Below are positions 1 to 5,292 of a stretch of 5,292 nt of DNA, in pieces. The stretch comes from a virus (taxonomy: Duplodnaviria; Heunggongvirae; Uroviricota; Caudoviricetes): the IMG/VR virus record IMGVR_UViG_2690316086_000011; one strand, written 5' to 3'. Under the pieces are notes generated by a model. The model made no database searches and was not told where the DNA came from. It saw nothing but the letters and a program-made list of their open reading frames with translations. Each line of letters starts with the position of its first letter. Within the stretch, counting starts at the first letter, position 1. The translations under genes and the position numbers were made by a program.

Positions 1-1415
1 GACTGGTGAATGTGCCGTTACGGCTGCCACAGGCCACTCTGGATGATAAACAGCAGAGTGCCCTGACAAAAACAGAGCGTGAGCTGGCCCTGTCCAGACT
101 GAAAGGGGAAGAAAAAGAGCGTGTCCGACTGGGGTATGCGGCGGATGACCTCGGTTTTGTGGGTGATCCGTATCAGGAGGCGAGACAACGTTATATCAGT
201 AATGCCCTGGAAGCCTGGCGCAATAACGAGGCGAATAAACCCAAATCCCGGGGTGGAAAATCAGAGACGGAAAAAGCGGAAGACAGTTTTTCCCGGCTGC
301 TGAAGCAGCAGAAAGAGCAACTGGCACTGGTGGGGCAGAATACAGAGCTGGCGAAGCTGAAATACCAGACTGCGCAGGGCGAACTGAAAACCCTGACGGA
401 GATGCAGAAGCAGGAACTGCTGCGTAACGCGACCCTGATTGACCAGCAAAAAATCCGGGAACAGTTGCGATCCCGGGAAGAGACACTGAAGAATGAGAAT
501 GCGGCTGCGCGTGCGTCGAATGATGCTGAACTGCTGGGGTACGGGCAGGGGGAGCGAGCCAGAGAACGCATGCGGGAGTTGCAGCAGATCCGCGACAGCT
601 TCCGCCAGAAGGATGCGGACCTTCAGTCTCAGTATCAGACCGGGGATATCAGTGAGGATTTTTACAGACAGGCTCTGGCACAGAACGCGCAGTATCTGAG
701 TGAACGCCTTAAAGACCAGGAAACTTTTTATGCCGAATCGGATGCGCAGCGTGCGGACTGGCAGAAAGGGCTGCAGGAGGGATTCAGTAACTGGGTGGAT
801 AATGCGTCCGATTACGCCTCACAGGCAGCACAGCTTGCGACGGAGGGTATCTCAGGGATGGTGAATAACATCACGGAGATGCTGAACGGAAATAAAGTGG
901 AATGGCGCAGCTGGGCCTCATCAGTGCTGCAGGAAATATCAAAAGTTCTTATGAATGCCGCGATTGTCAACGGGATCAAGACGGCGGCAAACGGTATGTC
1001 CGGTGCAGGAGGATTTCTCGGCAGCATTGGTGACTGGCTGGGCGGAGCGGTGGCCAATGCAAAAGGCGGCGTGTATACCTCGGCAAACCTGAGTGCGTAC
1101 AGCAACAGTATTGTGGATACGCCCACGTACTTTGCCTTTGCAAAAGGGGCGGGACTGATGGGGGAGGCCGGTCCTGAAGCCATTATGCCCCTGACCCGGG
1201 CGGCGGATGGCTCGCTGGGTGTGCGAGCGGTGGGCAGTATGAACGGTAGTGCGGGTCTGGTGTATTCCCCGGTCTACCATATCGCCATTCAGAATGACGG
1301 GACTAATGGCCAGATAGGGCCGGAAGCTGCGGGCAGTCTTGTGCAGCTGATTGACCAGCGGGTGCAGGCGGTGATGCTGTCCATGCGACGTGACGGAGGA
1401 ATGCTGAGTGGCTGA
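1..1415 (+). CDS. H: Tail tape measure protein, C-terminal portion (lambda gpH-like). The reading frame is open to the 5' edge of the window (frame of nt 3), so the gene starts upstream; stop TGA at 1413-1415.
   Basis: Long ORF open to the window edge, immediately upstream of M-L-K-I-J homologs as in lambda. N-terminal part is rich in Q/E/K/R/L (coiled-coil-like, approx nt 60-760). A Gly/Ala-rich hydrophobic segment (NAAIVNGIKTAANGMSGAGGFLGSIGDWLGGAVANAKGG, approx nt 955-1075) is typical of tape measure C-terminal regions. Assignment by synteny and composition, not by search. Confidence 0.82.
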   Translation, partial: LVNVPLRLPQATLDDKQQSALTKTERELALSRLKGEEKERVRLGYAADDLGFVGDPYQEARQRYISNALEAWRNNEANKPKSRGGKSETEKAEDSFSRLLKQQKEQLALVGQNTELAKLKYQTAQGELKTLTEMQKQELLRNATLIDQQKIREQLRSREETLKNENAAARASNDAELLGYGQGERARERMRELQQIRDSFRQKDADLQSQYQTGDISEDFYRQALAQNAQYLSERLKDQETFYAESDAQRADWQKGLQEGFSNWVDNASDYASQAAQLATEGISGMVNNITEMLNGNKVEWRSWASSVLQEISKVLMNAAIVNGIKTAANGMSGAGGFLGSIGDWLGGAVANAKGGVYTSANLSAYSNSIVDTPTYFAFAKGAGLMGEAGPEAIMPLTRAADGSLGVRAVGSMNGSAGLVYSPVYHIAIQNDGTNGQIGPEAAGSLVQLIDQRVQAVMLSMRRDGGMLSG

Positions 1416-1749
1416 GATAAAAACGCTGCATCTGGTCCCGCGTGAAGGGATGCAGGTGAGTGAGAAGCCGTCGGTGGTGAGGGTGCGGTTTGGTGACGGT
1501 TATGAACAGCGCCGCCCCACAGGGCTGAATCCTCAACTGAAGACGTTTCAGGCGGTGTTCCGGGTGACGGATGAGTCAACCCGGCGCTGGCTGGATGAAT
1601 TTTTATCCTGGCATGGTGGTTACCGTGCCTTTTTGTGGCGACCGCCGAAACATAACCGGACGGTGAGGGTGGTGTGCCGGGAGAGGAGTGTCACGGATAA
1701 CGCCCGGTACAGTGATTTCAGTTGCACGATAGAGCAGGTGGTGAACTGA
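1408..1749 (+). CDS. M: Minor tail protein M (lambda gpM-like), 113 aa, GTG start.
   Basis: ORF with GTG start at 1408, preceded by GGAGGA at 1395-1400 (7-nt spacing), overlapping the H stop by 8 nt. Size is close to lambda gpM (about 109 aa). Shares recalled conserved blocks with lambda gpM (VRFGDGY, HGG, FLW, C-terminal EQVVN). Confidence 0.85.
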   Translation: MAEIKTLHLVPREGMQVSEKPSVVRVRFGDGYEQRRPTGLNPQLKTFQAVFRVTDESTRRWLDEFLSWHGGYRAFLWRPPKHNRTVRVVCRERSVTDNARYSDFSCTIEQVVN

Positions 1750-2447
1750 TGCAGGATATTCACGAAGAAAGCCTGAACGAGTCGGTTAAGTCAGAGCAGT
1801 CACCGCGGGTGGTGCTCTGGGAAATCGACCTGACGGTGCAGGGCGGTGAGCGGTATTTTTTCTGCAATGAGCTGAATGAAAAAAGGGAGCCGGTGACCTG
1901 GCAGGGGCGGCAATATCAGGCGTACCCGATTGAGGGCAGTGGCTTTGAGATGAACGGAAAGGGCAGCAGTGCCCGCCCGTCGCTGACGGTGTCCAATCTG
2001 TTCTGTCTTGTCACCGGGATGGCGGAGGATTTGCAGAGCCTGGTGGGTGCCACGGTGGTCCGCCGCCGGGTGTATGCGCGTTTTCTGGATGCGGTGAACT
2101 TTGTGGCAGGCAATCCGGAAGCGGACCCGGAGCAGGAGCTGAGAGACCGCTGGGTGGTGGAGCAGATGTCATCGCTGACGGCCATGACGGCCTCGTTTGT
2201 GCTGGCCACACCGACCGAGACGGACGGGGCGCTGTTTCCCGGTCGCATCATGCTGGCGAACACCTGTATGTGGGATTACCGGGGAGATGAATGCGGGTAT
2301 AACGGCCCTGCGGTGGCGGATGAGTTCGACAACCCCACTACGGATATCCGTAAGGACAGATGCAGCAAGTGCATGCGCGGGTGTGAGATGCGCGGCATGG
2401 TGGCTAATTTTGGCGGTTTCCTTTCCATTAACAAACTTTCGCAGTAA
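1749..2447 (+). CDS. L: Minor tail protein L (lambda gpL-like), 232 aa, with a C-terminal cysteine cluster.
   Basis: ATG at 1749 overlaps the M stop (TGATG), giving 232 aa, the same length as lambda gpL. N-terminus MQDIHEESLNE and C-terminus GGFLSINKLSQ resemble lambda gpL as recalled. Cysteines at residues 173, 182, 205, 208 and 212 (nt 2265-2384). The track ORF start at 1722 is in the same frame but lies inside M and is less likely. Confidence 0.88.
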   Translation: MQDIHEESLNESVKSEQSPRVVLWEIDLTVQGGERYFFCNELNEKREPVTWQGRQYQAYPIEGSGFEMNGKGSSARPSLTVSNLFCLVTGMAEDLQSLVGATVVRRRVYARFLDAVNFVAGNPEADPEQELRDRWVVEQMSSLTAMTASFVLATPTETDGALFPGRIMLANTCMWDYRGDECGYNGPAVADEFDNPTTDIRKDRCSKCMRGCEMRGMVANFGGFLSINKLSQ

Positions 2448-2452
2448 ATCCA

Positions 2453-3196
2453 ATGACACAGACAGAATCAGTGATTCTGGCACACACACGGCGGTGTGTG
2501 CCTGCGGAGTCGTGCGGCTTCGTGGTGAGAACGCCGGAGGGGGAGCGGTATCTGCCGTGTGTGAATATCTCTGCAGAGCCGGAGGCGTATTTTCGTATTG
2601 CACCGGAAGACTGGCTGCGGGCAGAGATGCAGGGGGAGATTGTGGCACTGGTCCACAGTCATCCCGGTGGTCTGCCCTGGCTGAGCGAGGCCGACCGGCG
2701 GCTGCAGATAAAAAGTGCACTGTCCTGGTGGCTGGTCTGCCGGGGGGAAATTCATAAATTCCGCTGTGTGCCACATCTGACAGGACGGCGCTTTGAGCAC
2801 GGGGTGACGGACTGTTACACGCTGTTCCGGGATGCTTATCATCTGGCGGGGACTGAAATGCCGGATTTTGAGCGTGAGGATGACTGGTGGCGCAACGGTC
2901 AGAACCTTTACCTGGACAATATGGCGGTCACCGGCTTTTACCGGGTGCCCCTGTCCTCTGCACAGGCGGGCGATATCCTGCTGTGCTGCTTTGGCGCATC
3001 GGTGGCCAATCATGCCGCCATTTACTGCGGCAACGGTGAACTGCTTCACCATCTGCCTGAACAACTGAGTAAACGGGAGAGGTATTCCGAAAAATGGCAA
3101 CGACGAACGCATTCTGTCTGGCGTCACCGCCACTGGCACGCATCTGCCTTCACGGGGATTTGCAACGATTTGGCCGCCGCCTCAGCCTGTATGTGA
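2453..3196 (+). CDS. K: Tail tip assembly protein K (lambda gpK-like), 247 aa, with an N-terminal JAB/MPN (JAMM) metalloprotease-like domain and a C-terminal NlpC/P60 (C40) peptidase-like domain.
   Basis: ATG at 2453 lies 5 nt after the L stop. JAMM motif elements are visible: Glu19 in PAESCG, then H68-S-H70-x7-S78-x2-D81 (HSHPGGLPWLSEAD, nt 2654-2695). NlpC/P60-like Cys121 (GVTDCYTL, nt 2813-2815) and His187 (ANHAAIY, nt 3011-3013). The 3' end overlaps I by 103 nt in a different frame, as in lambda. Confidence 0.88.
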   Translation: MTQTESVILAHTRRCVPAESCGFVVRTPEGERYLPCVNISAEPEAYFRIAPEDWLRAEMQGEIVALVHSHPGGLPWLSEADRRLQIKSALSWWLVCRGEIHKFRCVPHLTGRRFEHGVTDCYTLFRDAYHLAGTEMPDFEREDDWWRNGQNLYLDNMAVTGFYRVPLSSAQAGDILLCCFGASVANHAAIYCGNGELLHHLPEQLSKRERYSEKWQRRTHSVWRHRHWHASAFTGICNDLAAASACM

Positions 3197-3774
3197 ACAC
3201 GGCAGCGGAAGCCATCCGTGCCCTGTCGATGCAGATGCCGGGATTCCGCCGTCAGATGAACGAAGGCTGGTACCAGATACGTATTCGCGGTGAGGACACG
3301 GCACCGGAGGCGGTGTACGCCCGTCTTCACGAACAGCTGGGTGAGGGAACGGTCATCCACATTGTGCCGCGACTGGCCGGGGCCGGAAAAGGTGGACTGC
3401 AGATTGTGCTGGGGGCGGCAGCCATCGTGGGCTCTTTCTTCACTGCCGGGGCAACGATGGCGTTATGGGGTTCAGCCCTGGCAGCCGGTGGTTTTTCTGC
3501 CACCACGATGCTGTTTTCACTGGGGGCCAGCATGATACTGGGTGGTGTGGCTCAGATGCTGGCCCCGAAGGCTAAAGTACCGGAGTACAAAAGCACGGAT
3601 AACGGCAGACAGAACACGTACTTTTCCTCGCTGGATAACATGATTGCCCAGGGGAACCCGATGCCGGTGCCTTACGGTGAAATGCTGGTTGGCTCACGGC
3701 GAATCTCCCAGGACATCAGTACCCGTGATGAAGGCGGTGACGGGAAGGTGGTGGTTATCGGGCGGCAGGCATAA
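3094..3774 (+). CDS. I: Tail tip assembly protein I (lambda gpI-like), 226 aa.
   Basis: ATG at 3094 with GGGAGAGG at 3075-3082 upstream. Size is close to lambda gpI (about 223 aa). Recalled conserved blocks are present: ARICLxGDLQRFGRR, IHIVPRxAGA, QIVLGAAAI, FSLGASMxLGGVAQMLAPKA, NTYFSSLDNM, GDGxVVVIGR. Central Gly/Ala-rich hydrophobic stretch. Stop TAA at 3772-3774. Confidence 0.87.
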   Translation: MATTNAFCLASPPLARICLHGDLQRFGRRLSLYVNTAAEAIRALSMQMPGFRRQMNEGWYQIRIRGEDTAPEAVYARLHEQLGEGTVIHIVPRLAGAGKGGLQIVLGAAAIVGSFFTAGATMALWGSALAAGGFSATTMLFSLGASMILGGVAQMLAPKAKVPEYKSTDNGRQNTYFSSLDNMIAQGNPMPVPYGEMLVGSRRISQDISTRDEGGDGKVVVIGRQA

Positions 3775-3810
3775 AAGCGAAAAAATCCCGCAGTGACCGA
3801 AGGCTGCGGG
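3775..3810 (-). terminator. Candidate intrinsic terminator on the minus strand: 7-bp perfect stem (CCCGCAG 3787-3793 / CTGCGGG 3804-3810), 10-nt loop, with ATTTTTTCGCTT following on the minus strand.
   Basis: Perfect inverted repeat read directly from the sequence. The T-run is only on the minus-strand 3' side (plus strand shows GCGAAAAAAT upstream of the stem); the plus-strand 3' side is A-rich. No known minus-strand gene is upstream of it, so function is uncertain. Confidence 0.35.
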
Positions 3811-3944
3811 AACAGAAAATGAAGATTAACCACAGGGAGTTTTGTTTTTATTGGCCCGAAAAAACTGTAACGCCCGGGAATGATATCTGCCACGGGGGCG
3901 TACAGAAAATGTGAAGATATTCAGAATTTTTATTCAGTCATGAT

Positions 3945-3978
3945 ACAGGCATCCTCCGGGATGCCTGTTGTTTTTGTG
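3945..3978 (+). terminator. Candidate rho-independent terminator on the plus strand: 10-bp perfect GC-rich stem (ACAGGCATCC 3945-3954 / GGATGCCTGT 3959-3968), 4-nt loop TCCG, followed by TTGTTTTTGT.
   Basis: Perfect inverted repeat with a downstream T-tract read directly from the sequence. It sits 32-65 nt upstream of the J start codon inside the expanded I-J spacer. Confidence 0.5.
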
Positions 3979-4009
3979 CGTAACAGTTATCACAGTAAAG
4001 GGTGAGACA

Positions 4010-5292
4010 ATGGGCAAAGGTGGCGGCAAGGCGCACACGCCGGTTGAGGCAAAGGACAATCTTAAGTCCACGCAGATGATGAGCGTGATTGATGCCATTG
4101 GTGAAGGGCCGATTGAAGGTCCGGTGAAGGGGCTGCAGAGTATCCTGGTGAACAAAACCCCGCTGACGGACACGGACGGTAATCCTGTGATACATGGTGT
4201 GACAGCGGTCTGGCGCGCCGGGGAGCAGGAGCAGACACCACCTGAAGGCTTTGAGTCCTCCGGGGCGGAAACCGCACTGGGCGTGGAAGTGACGAAAGCA
4301 AAGCCGGTGACGCGCACCATTACGTCCGCGAACATTGACCGCCTGCGGGTCACCTTCGGGGTGCAGTCACTGTTGGAGACCACCTCAAAGGGCGACCGTA
4401 ATCCCTCTTCTGTCCGACTGCTGATTCAGTTGCAGCGTAACGGTAACTGGGTGACGGAAAAGGATGTCACCATTAACGGCAAGACCACCTCACAGTACCT
4501 GGCGTCGGTGATTCTGGAGAATCTGCCTGAGCGGCCCTTTAACATCCGGATGGTCCGGGAGACGGCGGACAGCACCACGGACCAGCTGCAGAACAGAACG
4601 CTGTGGTCGTCATACACCGAAATCATCGATGTGAAACAGTGCTACCCGAACACGGCCATTGTGGGGCTGCAGGTGGATGCGGAGCAGTTCGGCGGTCAGC
4701 AGATGACGGTGAACTACCATATCCGCGGTCGCATCATCCAGGTGCCGTCAAACTACGACCCGGAAAAACGCACGTACAGCGGTATCTGGGACGGCAGTCT
4801 GAAACCGGCATACAGCAACAACCCGGCCTGGTGTCTGTGGGACATGCTGACCCACCCGCGCTACGGGATGGGGAAACGCCTGGGGGCCGCGGACGTGGAC
4901 AAATGGGCGCTGTATGCCATCGGGCAGTACTGTGACCAGCGTGTTCCGGACGGCTTCGGAGGGACAGAGCCGCGGATGACGTTTAATGCGTACCTGTCAC
5001 AGCAGCGTAAGGCGTGGGACGTTCTCAGTGATTTCTGCTCGGCGATGCGCTGTATGCCGGTATGGAACGGCCAGACGCTGACGTTCGTTCAGGACCGCCC
5101 GTCGGATGTGGTGTGGCCGTACACCAGCAGCGATGTGGTGGTGGATGATAACGGCGTGGGGTTCCGCTACAGCTTCAGCGCCCTGAAGGACCGCCACACG
5201 GCGGTGGAGGTGAATTACACCGACCCGCAGAACGGCTGGCAGACCTCCACGGAACTGGTGGAAGACGCCGCTGAGATAAAGCGCGTAGCGGC
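4010..5292 (+). CDS. J: Tail tip/central tail fibre protein J (lambda gpJ-like), N-terminal approx 427 aa; runs off the 3' end of the window.
   Basis: ATG at 4010 preceded by AAAGGGTGAG (Shine-Dalgarno-like). N-terminus MGKGGGKAHTPVEAKDNLKSTQ and extensive downstream blocks (TPPEGFESSG, RTITSANIDRL, TSKGDRNPS, NWVTEKD, KTTSQYLASV, DSTTDQLQN, TLWSSYTEIIDVKQCYPNTA, NNPAWCLWDMLTHPRYGMGKRLGAADVDKWALY, FCSAMRCMPVWNGQTLTFVQDRPSD) closely resemble lambda gpJ as recalled. It is absent from the supplied ORF track only because no stop codon occurs before the window edge. Confidence 0.93.
   Translation, partial: MGKGGGKAHTPVEAKDNLKSTQMMSVIDAIGEGPIEGPVKGLQSILVNKTPLTDTDGNPVIHGVTAVWRAGEQEQTPPEGFESSGAETALGVEVTKAKPVTRTITSANIDRLRVTFGVQSLLETTSKGDRNPSSVRLLIQLQRNGNWVTEKDVTINGKTTSQYLASVILENLPERPFNIRMVRETADSTTDQLQNRTLWSSYTEIIDVKQCYPNTAIVGLQVDAEQFGGQQMTVNYHIRGRIIQVPSNYDPEKRTYSGIWDGSLKPAYSNNPAWCLWDMLTHPRYGMGKRLGAADVDKWALYAIGQYCDQRVPDGFGGTEPRMTFNAYLSQQRKAWDVLSDFCSAMRCMPVWNGQTLTFVQDRPSDVVWPYTSSDVVVDDNGVGFRYSFSALKDRHTAVEVNYTDPQNGWQTSTELVEDAAEIKRVA

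Noticed and set aside
191-571. Cluster of minus-strand ORFs (126, 96 and 62 aa) and a 60-aa plus-strand ORF inside the H region
   Set aside because: They are nested in the tape measure gene, with Ser/Ala/Cys-rich or repetitive translations from an off-frame reading of the Q/E/K-rich coiled-coil coding sequence. No start context supports them.
812-1579. Minus-strand ORFs of 123, 113, 96 and 77 aa antisense to the H 3' end and M
   Set aside because: Antisense to strongly supported genes, with no ribosome-binding sites or motifs; chance ORFs.
1722-1748. Upstream ATG start for L (track ORF 1722-2447, 241 aa)
   Set aside because: It lies inside the M coding sequence. The ATG at 1749 overlaps the M stop (TGATG) and gives the 232-aa length and MQDI N-terminus typical of gpL.
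2169-2774. 201-aa minus-strand ORF and the 186-aa plus-strand ORF (2197-2757) spanning the L/K junction
   Set aside because: Both overlap L and K in alternative frames or strand. The translations are Arg/Pro/Ala-rich low-complexity typical of off-frame GC-rich sequence, and they break the conserved synteny.
2468-3139. 223-aa minus-strand ORF antisense to K
   Set aside because: Lies entirely inside the well-supported K/I coding region on the opposite strand. Long antisense ORFs are expected by chance in high-GC coding DNA, and it has no recognisable motifs.
3672-3893. 73-aa minus-strand ORF reaching from the I-J spacer into the 3' end of I
   Set aside because: It would read through the minus-strand terminator-like hairpin (3787-3810) and overlap I antisense, and its translation is low-complexity. 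The spacer itself is still flagged as a finding.
3841-3944. Possible sigma70-like promoter elements (for example TTGTTT near 3842, or direct ATTCAG repeats at 3917-3938) in the spacer
   Set aside because: Matches to the -35/-10 consensus are weak and spacing is ambiguous in this AT-rich stretch. I could not support a specific promoter call by eye.
3934-4383. 149-aa and 85-aa minus-strand ORFs antisense to the J 5' region
   Set aside because: Antisense to the strongly lambda-like J N-terminus; no independent support.
1-5292. Searched for CRISPR repeats, tRNA-like structures, IS/transposon inverted repeats and a G/GT-type programmed frameshift site
   Set aside because: No periodic direct repeats, cloverleaf-like segments or terminal inverted repeats were seen. 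The lambda-type tail chaperone frameshift lies upstream of H and would be outside this window.

Overview
This window reads as a conventional lambda-like (Siphoviridae-type) tail-tip assembly module, all on the + strand, in the canonical order H (tape measure, 5' end outside the window), M, L, K, I, J (3' end outside the window). The genes are tightly packed, with short overlaps or gaps suggesting translational coupling, and high-GC coding sequence typical of an enterobacterial lambdoid phage or prophage. Assignments rest on synteny, protein sizes, recognisable catalytic motifs and recalled similarity to phage lambda proteins; no database search was run. I do not see a novel multi-gene system here. 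The one element not explained by the tail-gene model is an expanded, AT-rich 235-nt spacer between I and J (3775-4009) carrying two perfect stem-loops with terminator-like U-tracts on opposite strands and a possible 31-codon ORF. No tRNA, CRISPR array, transposase or integrase is visible.
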